A stretch of DNA of 52,493 bases, filler included, from Catajapyx aquilonaris (GCA_000934665.2; 2 parts of 2 records of this genome joined end to end with filler, not necessarily neighbours in it), one strand, 5' to 3'. Numbered from the whole stretch's first letter, positions 11,830-25,068 are shown. Program-made: numbers and translations. The notes: generated by a model not told the origin, from the letters alone.

Positions 11830-14627
11830 TTATCCTTGCTTCTTACTGGTTATTGCAAGTGCGGGCTTGTCGCTTTTACAAAAAGTGAGTGAATCTGGGT
11901 AAATTTTATTGGGCGAGATTGATTTGTCGTCCAGGTACGACTGCAGCTGCCCAGATGATGCTAGAATGAGTCCCACATACGGTGCGGATGGTCTTAAGGG
12001 TCCGCTCTGGTACTCTGGGTGAAACTGCACTCCCACGAAGAATGGGTGCCCTTCCATCTCCAAACACTCCATCCGCTGCCCGGTCTCGTCTATACCCACG
12101 AAGCACAGCCCTGCCTTCTCCAGGGGCTCTACGAAGGCCGGATTTACTTCGTAGCGGTGGCGATGACGTTCGTCCACGTAGTCAACCCCTCCGTACAATT
12201 GACCTGAAATGAGGTGTTTCCAGGTTAACACAAATCAGTGCACCATAAAGTTCAATTGGGAACGATTTTCGGCGAGAGTGAGCTGTCTTTACTCCCTTCC
12301 CCAAATTAATTCTACTGGAATTCTCGTGAGATATGTCATAAGGACACCTTCCACACCTAATTACAAAAGATATACAGTACTCGGCCAAAAAGACAAACAT
12401 TATATATCCATTACATCACCGGGAAACAAGCCCCCAACAAACTACACGTACAGGGTGAGTCATAATTTCAGGTCACAATTAAGAGTAGGACAAAACAAAG
12501 ATGGATAAAGGAAGAGTCTGGAAAATAATTGTAACTCACGTAGAAGGCTGTCATTCTTTTTGAAGAGGGTTCTCTTCCTTCCCAGTCTCATGGTTCCTCC
12601 CATGTCTCCCTGGTTGTGTTCCGGCATGTCTATTACCACCGGATTTTTCGACTCCTGATCAAACTCGGTCGAATTAGCCCCCTCTAGGTTGAGTACGTTT
12701 CGAGCGAACTCGACCACTGCCACTTGCATACCGAGACATACTCCGAGATATGGCTTGTGGTTCAGGCGGCACCATTCAGCAGCAGCGACTTTTCCCTCCA
12801 AACCACGCTCGCCGAAGCCCCCTAAGCAATAAACAATGGAGTACCCCCATTGGTTATTCATCTCAAAACATTGGCCAACTCATTGATTCGCATCGAACAA
12901 AAACTGAATTCAACACGGCAAGGACGTATTTTACTCTACTACCTGGAACAATAATTCCTTGTACGTTGCACAGTTGCCTCCAAGCTTCGTGATACAATGC
13001 CGGATTTTCCCTCTTAGCATCCTGTTCCAAATCCGTGGACGAAATGGATTTCAACTTCAACCTGAGATTGGCCGCCAACGATGCATGCTGTAGAGCCTTA
13101 ATGACTGAAGCATAAGCGTCGTCCAGCTCCGTGTACTTACCCACGAGCCCGATTGTAACCGTATCCGACGGTCGGTCATACTTGTCGGCTAGCTCTTGCC
13201 ACTGGGCCATGGCCTTCAGGGGCAAAGGTGCACACAGGTTCAATTGAAGCCTTTCTTGTAAGAACTCGACGACCCCTTGCTCGTGCATCTCGAGAGGGAC
13301 GCGGTATATGGAGCTGCAGTCTGCGATACACATAACTTTGTTGGGTTGCACGTGGCAGAAGTTGGCTATCTTGACCTTCACGGAGTTTTCAATTGGATTT
13401 TCGCTACGACATACGATCAGGTCGGGGCTCAAACCCAGGCCACGAAGCTCGCAGACTGATTGCTGAGTTGGCTTAGTCTTGTGCTCGCCTGTAGAACGAG
13501 GCTGAAACAAGAAAATGGCAACTTCTAATGTTAATTTAATTATTTATAATATGTTATTCCTGTATTAGCGAGGCATAAGTTAATAGAGCACAAATGTTGA
13601 GAATTTATAGGAAATGGAAATATGGTGAAATTATTAGTAAAGATTTTTCTGTTGCTTACCTGTGGGACTAGTGAGACGTGTATGTTGCAGAAGTGTTCCT
13701 TTTTGACCCTAAATTGAAACTGTCTGAAGGCTTCCACAAACGGAAGGCCCTCCATGTCACCAACTGTCCCGCCCAGCTCTATGATGCATATCTAAACAGT
13801 GGTATAGGCAAAATGCAAGTGAATATTGATTCATTCTGAGAATTTCGTGTAACCTTAATATTATTACATCACTTTTAGAATATATTTGCAATAATATTTC
13901 ATCCTTGGAAAAAACATCCACACATGCATAAATGGAGATGGAGTAATGATAAAGTGAAGCTGTAATACGTAATTACAACCTCTGGTTCTGCGCCATCAGA
14001 AGTTACAGGATGCTTCGCTACTCGCTCCACCCAGTCTTGAATGGCATCTGTAATATGTGGTACCACTGGAAGATAAAATCACGTCGGACTGTGAACATGA
14101 TGAACATAAGGCAACCTAACTCATCAGTTTTGACTGACAAGGTTTTGTTTTGTGATTTTTTGAGCAAGATTGTAATATTTTTTTCGAATAAAAATGACAA
14201 TGGGTGAAATTGCAGTGTCAAACCTTGAACAGTAGTTCCTAGGTAGTCCCCTTTCCTTTCCCGATTGATAACCTGTTGATATATCTTTCCCGTAGTGATG
14301 TTGTTGTCCGAATCCAGCGTGACGTCCATGAACCTCTCGTAGTTTCCCAAGTCCAAATCCACTTCGCTTCCATCAGCCAATACAAACACCTCACCTGCAA
14401 CAAGGTCATGTACCAAGTCAGAAGTCGAGTAGGCTACTCAGTAGCATTGCGTCAGTCTAACCGTGTTCATAAGGCGAAAATGTTCCAGCGTCGATGTTGA
14501 TATACGGATCTATTTTGATAGAAGTGACCCTCTTGCCGCACAACTTGAGAATGGTTCCAAGGGTGCTAGAGATCACACCTTTTCCTATCCCGCTGATCAC
14601 GCCACCAGATACTAAAATGTACTTCAT
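11830..14627 (-). CDS. CTPS: CTP synthase; exons 14627-14462, 14394-14224, 14065-13980, 13791-13660, 13501-12943, 12821-12540, 12203-11830 (589 aa)
   Basis: [62 protein letters not shown], catalytic [17 protein letters not shown] and QFHPE; all six introns GT-AG with compatible phases; 1770 nt total. Confidence 0.97.
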
Positions 14628-14670
14628 GATGATTTCTGATGGGATGACTGTCACACAAGCTACAGAATAC

Positions 14671-14703
14671 AACCGAGTAGAGAGGTGTGCAGGCCCTTTT
14701 ATA
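14671..14703 (-). promoter_or_regulatory. Candidate TATA box plus Inr-like element for CTP synthase
   Basis: TATAAAAG at 14703-14696 and TCGGTT (near the arthropod Inr TCAKTY) about 29 nt downstream, about 47 nt before the ATG. Confidence 0.4.
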
Positions 14704-15146
14704 AGAGCGGGATATCAAGAGGCACCCGCATCCTTTATGCTGAGCCACGACATACGCGTATAGGCACAAAGTCTGGTCATCACAATGGGATCAAGGGGAT
14801 GAATACTGTGTGTTTTCGCATATCCACAAATATGATAGGATACTTCTGTACAAAAAGTCTGAAGCATTATTTTGAAAAGCGTTGTTTCATTGAAGACACA
14901 TGTAAATTTTTTGGAGGGGGACCCCCACTACATGAGCAGAAAAATATTAAAAGGACGTAGCATAATATTATACGTAGTTTGAAGTTTCGGGGGGCTTACG
15001 CCACTGACAGTGGCATAATTACTCATTAAATTATTGAATCCCATTATATTATGGAATTCTAAAGACTACGACATATTTTTCTGAATACAAGCCTTTGCGA
15101 TTGCTTCAGTGGAAGAACTGAGGCAAATACATAGCCTGGAAGTTAG

Positions 15147-15500
15147 GGAGGTGTATTGGTGGCGGAGATGGTAACGTCACGGCTTGCTGAGTGAAAGGCC
15201 CCAGGTTCGATCCCCGCCTGGGGAACTTTCCTTTCACCTGCGTCAGGAGGGTCTCTGACCTGCACCAAGGAGGTGTCTGGCAACCTAACCTCCTGGGGGA
15301 CAGCACATGACCCATTAGCTACGACATTGCACCTTGCACCCATGTTCCCTCCCCAAAAATCCCTATCATTTCCCATTGTCCCTGTTTCCTTGCACCGGAG
15401 AATGAAGTGAAAATATATACAGAAAACTGATGGTGGTGTGCCACCCCCCTATAGCTCCCGTAAGGGACATCACGGGGTAAAATAAATAAATAAATAATAA
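15147..15500 (+). mobile_element. tRNA-derived SINE, family B
   Basis: A box TGGCGGAGATGG, B box GGTTCGATCC, (TAAA)n tail; 10-bp TSD TGGAAGTTAG at 15137-15146 and 15501-15510. Confidence 0.85.
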
Positions 15501-15732
15501 TGGAAGTTAGTCCCATCAGACAGCATGCATGCGGAAATTGGCCTGCATGTACAGGTGTTTTGGTACACACAAAATGTAGGCCTACCTGTACCCTACAAAA
15601 GATGCTCCTTTTTGATACTCTATACCAGTATTTCATCATGTTTGTAGGGAGCATTTGCCACATTTAGACAGTTTATTGTATTATTTTGAAAGAATGCACT
15701 GCAAAACCAAGGAACATTGAAAATATAATTAT

Positions 15733-15838
15733 GGTGGAATTTTCGTCCCACTGCTAGTTACTGCAAACTTAGCAGTTCCAGTGTTGGCAATGGTACTGCT
15801 AAGTTAGCAGTAACTAGCAGTGGGACGAAAATTCCGCC
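15733..15838. mobile_element. Small palindromic MITE
   Basis: About 47-bp inverted arms GG(T/C)GGAATTTTCGTCCCACTGCTAGTTACTGC with a short loop. Confidence 0.75.
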
Positions 15839-18800
15839 CATTTTCTTTAAAATTCAGGCAGATAAGCAGGAATTGGTAATAATGCATCCAAAATGAGCGT
15901 GATGCTAACATATTTATTACACGCGTTATATTATATGTGTGAATACCATGGAAGGAAAGTAATGTATCTTTTCTGTTCAGTTCAATGTACGAGTAAAAGA
16001 GAAAGCTGAAGATTCTGGAAGAAATTATTTTCTACTTTTTAGTGCACTTGGAAATATAAAGCGTAAAGATTTTTTTATTAATTTTTATTTCATACTAAAC
16101 TTCCTTCCATGAGTCCTGACCTGACCCACTGTACCCGCCAATCACTATGTTACTTTAGCTGACGAGTAGTTCCCTCACATTAGTATTTAGAACCACTACC
16201 TCTTGCTCTGTTTTGTATTCACAAGCATAAATTGAAATTCTTCGTCACAACTGACAAGTGAGTGCATTATATCATAACTCTTTCTAGTCGGATAAATTTA
16301 AATAGACAGAGACGTAGAAAATGGTGTGCATTTTAATGACGTAAGAATAATATAGGCTACATTATATTCCTTGAGGTGTATAATATTTTGTGGTGCGCAG
16401 GGGTTCCTTCAGATGCATTTTTCTTCCTTGAATGGAAAATTGCCTCCTGAATATTTTTTCCATGTCAAGGAAAAGGGCTGAGGTGCAACATTTAAAAATA
16501 GGATTTCTAAATTTGTAGGTAAATTTTCAAAAAAAAATATCATATTTTTCAAATTGAGACAAAATCTTCAAAAAAGTCGAGTCCCGTATCTTTTCGGTTC
16601 ATATAGATTGGGCTCTTGGCTCTACTGTATACCTTCAAATAGAGTGGTCTAAGATGTCTGTAGATCAATTGGTTCACGACATACTGTATAGGCTATCCCA
16701 TTTCTGAGACCCATATTTTCCGAAAATGCTGAAAAAGGCCGGAAAATGCCGTTTTTTCCGGTGGGCCTATCTCCGGGTGGGGGGGGGGGGGGNGGGGGGT
16801 CCATAGCAAAACCACTCAAATGGTATTCTCTGTGACGTAACTAAACCGAGAGCCGATTTTCGTCGAATGATCTGACAACCCAAGGGAAGCTCGGTGAATT
16901 GACATGGAATGACCCAGTTAGGCTACATTTTTTTTTCGGCAAGGAAAAGGTGGCACAGACCGGAGGCATTTAAATCTCCCTTAATTGAAATGGAATGGGC
17001 CACCCCATCTCTTTGGTCCAGCCATTAGACCATAATATCCCAGGTATATATTATGTCTAAGGTCCAGCTTTATGCACGCCAGGGATTAGAAAAGGTAATC
17101 CCTGTGCAACCTACAAGAGCGTGTATACAGTACAAGAGTATTGATTTATACCAGTTAAGACTGTATAACTAATATTGTTATAGCCGTTATATTTAGTTAT
17201 ATAACCTCAATATAGGCTACTTTATGCACGCCCCTGTTTTAAGTATTTGGCACCAAGTATGTTTATTATGGGTAGTTTTGCGTAGTTTTTACTGTAAATT
17301 GCAAATTCATATTATTAAGTTCAAATTATAGGGAAGACTCAATTTTGGTGATTACTGTTGCACAACCGGATTTGCGTTTGTCAGCCGGAGGGAAGACATA
17401 ATGCGCTATTTTCCGCAAAAGCCACTGCTATCGCTCACAGGATTGGCTATTTGCTTGCTGTAGCGGCTGTAGTCAGACCAGACCAGCCCCCCTCCCCCCC
17501 CCCCCCNCCCCCCCCCCCCCCCAAAAAAAACCCACTATCTAGCCCTGTGTTGACGGTAGTTGAATATAAAAGGCACCCCCGCCCAGCCTGAAATTTGGCA
17601 CTGGCGCGGCCCCACAGGGATGTTGTGGTTCGGGTGGCTGACTGGCGATCTGCGCATGCCCTCCGGACCCAGCTGCAGTGGAAAGAATAGTTCGCATTGG
17701 TTCAGGCGTCCGCGAGCGGCCTCCCCAACCACAACATCCCTGATTCCCTGTATGCCCACAACATGGTCTAGATCACGGTCTAGATGGTCTAGATAGGGAG
17801 TTGCCGGGGGTGCGCTCAAGTGACAAAATCGCTATTAGCTGATTCGCCGTTACTTGAAATATGGCCGTTATGCGCGAGGTGATTTGTACCTTTTAGTTTG
17901 CAAGCTGGCAGCGTGGTGAGCCGTGAGCGTGTACAGATCCTTGTGATCCAGCTGGCTGCCTCCGTTACCCCTCTATACAGGGCGACTCACCCCGCATCTT
18001 GAACGGCTAGCTGCAAACTCACATTACTTTACAGTATATATTTTTGAAGACTTTTATTGCGATTGAAAGAAACAGGCAGGCGTTTCAAATTGGCATCCTG
18101 TGGTGTGTTGTATGCAGAGAGAAGACCTACGTCGAGGGATAACTAAGACAGGGAAAGGATAAATCATAAACTATACTGAAGGTAAATGTAATTGTGGGGG
18201 TGAAATTGTCATTGTGTTGGACAACAGGTTCCCACTTGTGGCTATGTGAAAAGTAATTGGGGTGGTCGCGTAATGCATGAAACGACGTATCATCCTGACA
18301 GTACAAGCCCAATGTTATCTCTTGGAGAGTCATATCAGTAGGTCATGTGGTGCAAGTGGCCTTGGTCACATGGGAGCCAGGATTTAACCAAGGGGTCACT
18401 CATCAAGTCCGTTGTACAGTATATAAGGCGCCAAGTCTGCCAATCCATTGTATGCTCAACTGCCGAGTGATTTACCCCTTGGATTTCTCCTTGTCTGTGA
18501 CTTGGATTGATTACGTGCAAACACTGTGGGATGCCCAGCACAATGTGCAATAAGTTAACAATTATAAGAGAGTTCATTAAAACAAGATGCAAGATGTGCC
18601 GCAAGATGGCATTGCTTATGATTTTGAGAAGATGGCCAAGGGTTGCTTAAAATATCCATGTTTTACAGTTGGTGGGATTGCTGGGGTGCTGTGAGGTACC
18701 AAACCTAAAGGGGTGTGCCTGTGGGCTCATTTAGCAGTAGATGTAAGGCTCTGCCGATTGGCACAGGCTTCTCCTTCCTTCGTCCCACCATACTATGGAG

Positions 18801-19284
18801 CAGCCTGTGCTGATAGGCAGATCCTGCCCATGCTTAGACCCAGTGCCGGTGAAAGACCTGGTGTGGGTGTGGAGCACTCCCCACCTGAATGATTCCTCAT
18901 GGGGAAATTCCCCACCCGAAATCGGGGAGCAAATGGTCAAATGAAAAGAAATATCAACAGAAAGAAAATTTCATGCTCGTCATGCACAAATGAATGATGT
19001 TTTTCGGTCCTGAAACGTCTGAAAAATTATCTTCGAACGACGATGTCCCAAAATCGATTGAACGACGTAACAATGTTGCATATTTATTCCGAAGAGGTCG
19101 ACAAACTTGATGATGAACAGTTAATGGATGAATTCATATTGAAAAATTCGAAAGGCACTTTCTCTCAAATAAATGAAAATCATTTTTGGTAATATTGCTC
19201 TTACTAATTTATCCCGTAATAAGTGTACTTCTTTGAATTTCGAAAATGAGATTCTCTCTCTCTCTCTCTCTCTCTCTCCCCCCC

Positions 19285-19436
19285 NNNNNNNNNNNNNNNN
19301 NNNNNNNNNNNNNNNNNNNNNNNNNNNNNNNNNNNNNNNNNNNNNNNNNNNNNNNNNNNNNNNNNNNNNNNNNNNNNNNNNNNNNNNNNNNNNNNNNNNN
19401 NNNNNNNNNNNNNNNNNNNNNNNNNNNNNNNNNNNN
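19285..19436. other. Assembly gap flanked by (CT)n/poly-C and poly-G
   Basis: Run of N. Confidence 0.95.
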
Positions 19437-19840
19437 GGGGGGGGGGGGGGGGGTTGGATAGCCGTTACGTAACGCATTTGAATGCACTGTATAAAAATAT
19501 TCCGAGTGCGACTCAGCGTGGCCCGCGTGGCTGCGTCGACCGCTACTGGTCCGAATCGGTAAAAAACGTGCGAAAAACGCTGTTTATGAGACTTTTCGTA
19601 GGAACTTGACAACCTCACTATTTTTATGCAAGGTATTTATGTTAGTCACATGTTGTACTACTTGTTGATTCCATACTTATTGCGTGACAATTGTTCCAGG
19701 GTTTCAAATTCATAGAAAAATGACATTTTTGTTCAGACTATTTTCTCTTTTATGTAAAACATGCCCATATTGTAGCTTTAAAAATACGCACCTGTACGTA
19801 ACGTAGTTCGTTAATTTTTTTCGTTTTTCTTCTGAAATAC

Positions 19841-20122
19841 GGGCGACGCGGTGGCGTAGTGGTTTAATATTATGAAGTCCGCCTCCTCCCACCTCTGGGG
19901 TCCCAGGTTCGATCCCCGGATTGGGCCAAGGATTTCCCATATGGGTTGGGTTTCGATGGAGTTCTCTCCGCGCTTGCGTGGGTTTTATATCGGGGTTCTC
20001 CCGTTATAAATTTCCTCCCACACTCCAAAAACTATCTTCCCCTCCCCCTTTCTTTCGCCCTCCCCCCACCCTCCAAAGAGCCTCATAGCCTGAGTCGCCT
20101 CGGCTTCCCCTTTTTAAACAAA
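19841..20122 (+). mobile_element. tRNA-derived SINE with V-domain core
   Basis: A box TGGCGTAGTGG, B box GGTTCGATCC, core GTTCTCTCCGCGCTTGCGTGGGTTTT...TTTCCTCCCACACTCCAAAAAC; 13-bp TSD TCTTCTGAAATAC at 19828-19840 and 20123-20135; another core fragment near 27888-27955. Confidence 0.85.
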
Positions 20123-20871
20123 TCTTCTGAAATACAGATCATTTCTGTCTATATTAAATTTTAGTATCGGTACAAAAGTTTTCTTTTCTTTCCCAAGTAC
20201 AGTAGTTTTACAGTAAACATATTCTTAAAATTATTGCCGTGGTTTTATACAGGGTGCTCAAAAACTCGCGGAAAGTCGCCAGGTAGCCTGATAGGACTCG
20301 CAAAACTAATATAGGGATGTGGAAGTAGTTTTGGGCTAACTTGCATAGTTTTTGCCTTCAAGATTTCGGCAGTTTCATGACGTCACATCCGCCTTGAGGC
20401 CCCCATTGCGTCATCATACATGTTGTTGTGGCTGTTGCCATTGGCACTGATTATTGTTGCGAATATTGTCAACTGTGATTGTTGAGAAATAAACAACGGT
20501 ATCTGTGGCCAGTCGACACCTCAATTGCCAGACTGAAATCGTTGTTTATTTCTCAACAATCACAGTNGTTACGGTCTGTTACAGAGGGGGGGGAGGGGGT
20601 CAAAAATGGCCAAAAATACCGTTACGTAATATGTGGACGTCCCCTTAGAGGTGACAGACATTTTTGTGGTGGAAAAGTGAGTGTGAAAGCTAACATTTAG
20701 ACGACTTTGACACACTTCAAGACCCTTTCATAAGTCAGCCATTACTCAAATTATGCTGATATGAATTCATTTATACTGTGAGTGCTATGATTTTCAATAT
20801 AGTAAGGAGCCCTGTCCCTAATGAAACATGCAAAGAATGTGTTCAAGGATAGGTTTTTGTCACTTTTGGCC

Positions 20872-21446
20872 AGCATTTCTAAACCTTTTTACCCTTGGGG
20901 AACCCTTGAAGTCATGTTCATGTCTCAGGGAACCCCAGCATTAAATTTATTATACAGGGTGGTCCAACTTTTTTGTCCAAACAGCTATTGACAAATTCGG
21001 CCTAAGCTGCTTATGTTGTAGTGCGTTACCTGGCAACCCTGTCCGGCGGGCCAATTCAAACATCAGCCCATGGAGAGCGCTTCCATTGTTGCCACTGTTT
21101 ACAAATCAAGTGAGTGACGCGGACGACCCAGCGACGGGTCTCTGCCTGCTTACACATCAGTAACAAGGGATAAGCAGGGAAAATATGATATGATATGGAT
21201 ATGGAATCGACAATGGAAAGAACACTTAGCACTCGTCTCCATGTGCTGATGTTTGAATTGGCCCGCCGGCCGGGGTTGCCAGGTAACGCACTACAACATA
21301 AGCAGCTTAGGCCGAATTTGTCAATAGCTGTTCGGACAAAAAAGTTGGACCACCCTGTATATCAATATTAATATCTCAAAAATACATTTACATAGGATTA
21401 ACCTGTAATTACTATTTCTCGCGGAACCCATGTTGAGAATTACTAC
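20872..21446 (+). mobile_element. hAT/Charlie-like non-autonomous element hosting a MITE; inverted partial copy at about 23895-24023
   Basis: Ends CAGCATTTCTAAACC and TGTTGAGAATTACTA with GGAACCC subterminal motifs; sequence aligns with the 24-kb copy once 20955-21357 is removed. Confidence 0.6.
20955..21357. mobile_element. Tc1/mariner-type MITE with about 120-bp arms
   Basis: CAGGGTGGTCCAACTTTTTTGTCC...GGACAAAAAAGTTGGACCACCCTG; TA TSD. Confidence 0.9.
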
Positions 21447-22101
21447 TAGTTATGAAAATGAGGGCATCTGGAGGTTCATACTCGGGCTCTGGGTGCTGTG
21501 CAGAACTACAGGGTTGGCAAATATCTCTTGCACAGTAATGCATAGGTTGACACCGGTAGTCATGCTTGCAAGGGTGTCTGCCTCTCTCTCTGTCCTGCAC
21601 AGTACTTGGAGTTCGGGTGTGGATTTCCGTGTGCTGGTTCTTCTCGTTGGCCTGTGGGTGTTCTGGTCGTTTGGAGGTGAATATTCTAGTCACTTGGAGG
21701 AATTTAACAGTTGCTGATTCCTCTTCCTAGGGGGGTGGGGGACACTTGTTTTCTCAAAGTACCGCGTTGCATAGTGTAATATTTAAATTTAATATTGAGA
21801 GTTTGTCATCTGAGATGGGCAGTGGTGGGGGGCGGGACGGGTTGTTTCTAGGTTAATTTTACAAGTTTGAATTTAGTTCATATTTTTGGTTAGCTTGTGG
21901 CTCCCGCCATCGCTGACTACCCCTCATAGGGAAATGTCGTGATGATGATGATGATGATGAGGGTGTGAAATTGGCGAACTTGCAATAATATTTTTCAACT
22001 TTTAAATAATTCCAGGAAGAAATAGGAATGAACAGAAATTTTTATTTCAAAGTAGATAAGGCCAAAATTTTAGTGAAAGTGTTCTTTAAAAGTGTTGTTT
22101 A

Positions 22102-22248
22102 GGGCCGTTTTCTCGAACAGTGGTTCAAATGTAAACCGGGTTCAAAGTCAGTTTAATCCTTGATTTGATTGTTGTTAGGCTGTCGTCAAGGGTTTAAACC
22201 GGCTTTGAACCGGGTTTACATTTGAACCACTGTTCGAGAAAATGGCCC
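22102..22248. mobile_element. PIF/Harbinger (Tourist-like) MITE
   Basis: TIR GGGCC(G/A)TTTTCTCGAACAGTGGTTCAAATGTAAACC; TTA on both sides. Confidence 0.85.
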
Positions 22249-22552
22249 TTAATCAGATTGGTATGTGGTTCAGTTATGTTGGGCCAAATAGGCAACTTTA
22301 AAAATTGAGTGTAGGCTAATGTACCATTGCGATCAAGATGAGATGCAAAAATTATGTGGACAGGAAAATTTTGTCTCCTTCCAATTTGTGGTGAGGGACC
22401 ATTGATCTTGATAGTGTTGGCCAGTGACTGAACTTCATTCAAACTTGGCAGTTGTATTATAACAATTTCACATATACGAGTTTATTTATGCATGGACTAA
22501 TGTTAACTACAGACTCTCATCTGCCACTTTCTTTTACTTCAGATATACAATC

Positions 22553-22918
22553 ATGTCCAAGACAACCAAGTCCAACCACGTTATGCGAGACACACTGGAA
22601 GAGACTTTTGACCTTCCATCGCCATCAGATGAGATTGTGCGAGTTGTGGGTGGCCGAGGCAACTACCTACTTGAAGTCGAGCAAGCATCAGGAGAAAGGA
22701 TGCTGGTATCAGTGCCCAATCGCTTCAGGCATGTGGTTTGGGTTAAGAAGGGGGATTATCTGCTGGTGCAGCCCATTGAAGAGGGTGGAAGGGTTAAGGC
22801 AGAGATGAAAGCTGCCTTGCTGCCCCAGAGGGTCAAATACATCCAGAGAGAAGGGGATTGGCCAAAACAATTTGGAACAGGCAGTGATGAGGGTAATGGT
22901 TCAGAAGCATTATATTAA
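22553..22918 (+). CDS. EIF1AD: EIF1AD-like protein (eIF1A/S1 OB-fold RNA-binding domain); may splice onward from a donor at 22893
   Basis: IVRVVGGRGNYLLEV, LVSVPNRFRHVVWVKKGDYLLVQPIEEGGRVKAEM and GDWPKQF align with EIF1AD; acceptor TTTCTTTTACTTCAG 10 nt before the ATG implies a 5' UTR intron. Confidence 0.9.
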   Translation: MSKTTKSNHVMRDTLEETFDLPSPSDEIVRVVGGRGNYLLEVEQASGERMLVSVPNRFRHVVWVKKGDYLLVQPIEEGGRVKAEMKAALLPQRVKYIQREGDWPKQFGTGSDEGNGSEALY

Positions 22919-24703
22919 TGTGTGTTTTTGTTAAAGTGTATCACAACAAGCATTCCTGGTGTGTGCCAATCACACAGTGAGCAGGCTTTGATGTTGATAA
23001 TACAATACATACCCTCCCCCTACTTTTGCAGTTGGTGGATTTGTGATGCCATGTTTCACTTATGACTCATTGTTACCAGTTTTTCGCATTTCTCATTGTA
23101 CAGGGTATATCCTACTACTGTAGTAGGTCACCCACCACCAGCATGCTGGTTGACCCTAACCAAGTCAAAAGTGTGTTTGGGTGTGTGTGTGTGTTAATGT
23201 GTTAATTCAAGACAACACTTTCCTTTTCTCCGTAGCGTGCATAGTCTCTAATCTAGACAATTTTTTATATACTATTCACAAGTTAGTACAGTATCGCACT
23301 GGGCGTCTTGTGGCTCTTTACATTAGGTGAATTTGGATAAAACCAGAGTTCTTTAGGCCTGTATGTAAAGTGGTATAGGTGAATAACTGTATTTCATGCA
23401 TTAATAACATTACATGTTTACATAGATATCTAATTACAGTACACTCCAGATATAACAGACTTCAATAATCTGCGGAATTCAGTCCATTACAACAGATCTG
23501 TTGCAGGAAGATACACAGGCCATATATGGCAGTATGGCCGGTCCCAGCATACTTCCAAAAGGCCATGTGCATATTTACTCCAGAGCAGACTCATTTTTCA
23601 CCTCACCTCGGCTATAAGCTATAACAATTTCTCGGCCCTTCGGTGGGGAAATATGCTGTTTTCGATTACTCTGCGTCTACTTTCCACATGTAGGAATTGC
23701 AACAACTAGTTCAATGGCATGCTGTTGTACTCTGTACAAAGAAATTCGTGATTTTTACAGGTGCATTGCTTTGTAGCACACTTACTTTTTGTGCACCCAC
23801 TGCAGATTAGTTGTTTTCTGCATTACCTTAGCAAGTTGAGACTTTAGTGCCTCCCTCATTAGTGCTTCAGAATCAATCAAGTGATGAATTTGAGCTAATC
23901 AGAGTCATGTAAATGTGTTTTTGAGTCATTATTGATATAACATAATTTTTATACAGGAGTTCCCTCTAAGACATGAATATTATTTCAAGGGTTCCGCAAG
24001 GGTAAAAAGGTTGAGAAACACTATAGTGTGTCATTCTCTTGCATGTCATACTAATTATTATTTTTCATTTCCAATAACTTCTGCTTAGACAGTGTTCGGT
24101 ATTTCGGAAACCAGTCTGTTATAACTGAGGTCTGGTATTGCCTACCCGCCACTGTTGCACATAATATACACAGTTTTCTGTTTTCCATTTGCCTGTAAAG
24201 CCTGTAGTGATTGATGAAACTATCCACAAAATGCGAAATTAGCTCATCCGTAAATTACGCAGGATCCAAAAAATCCGTAATTTTTCCTGCGGTCTTTTTA
24301 TCCGAAAAAGTATGACTTTGACCTTTCCGGCAAGTGTTAGATCAGTGACAGGTGGGACTATCACAGCCTCTCCAGTATGCAGCGGAGTATGCAGTGCTTG
24401 CCTCGCGTGGGAAGTAGATGCAGAGTAATCGAAAACAGCATATATTCCCATTTCCCACCGAAGGACCGTGAAATTGTGTTATAGCCGAGATGAGGTGAAA
24501 AATGAGTCTGCTGTGAGTAAATATGTATAGGGTCTTCTGGAAGTATGCTGGGGCTGCCCATACTGCCATATATGACCTGGGTATCTTCTTGCAACAGATT
24601 TTGGTTGTAATGGACTGAATTCCGCAGTCCATTGAAGTCTGTTATATCCGGAGTCTACTGTAGTTGGATATCTATGTAAGCATGTAATGCATGAAATGCA
24701 GTT

Positions 24704-25068
24704 GTTGTTTTATTCTTATTTTTTGTTTGTTTTTTTGTTGTTGTTTTTAGGTGCTTTCACCCCCAAATGGGGGTATATCACACAAACCTTTATTTTGATT
24801 TTGGTACACTGGTGCCTATTCATTGAAGCGCCCGGTCCCACGTGCAGGATGACAGGAGGGGATGTGCAAAGTGCAGTGCGCGGACTGATATGGGTACATT
24901 TTGTGAACTTCCCCGGGTGGTTTAGTCTATTGGACATACCACCCGAGACGAAGCCAGAGACGACCTAAACTCTGCACGAGATGAAGGGGGTGTCCCCGGG
25001 CTGGGATCGAACCCGGGACCTTAACATTCGTGGGCGCGTACGTTACCGCAGCGCCACTCCGCCTCCCC
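24704..25068 (-). mobile_element. SINE family A, copy 2
   Basis: A/B boxes; 11-bp TSD GAAATGCAGTT at 24693-24703 and 25069-25079; (AAC/A)-rich tail. Confidence 0.9.

Noticed and set aside
19121..19618. ORFs spanning the N run
   Set aside because: Open only because of ambiguous bases.
20872..24023. Inverted hAT-like ends flanking the EIF1AD exon as a gene-capturing transposon
   Set aside because: The left copy has its own right end at about 21446 and no shared TSD is visible; these are two independent insertions.
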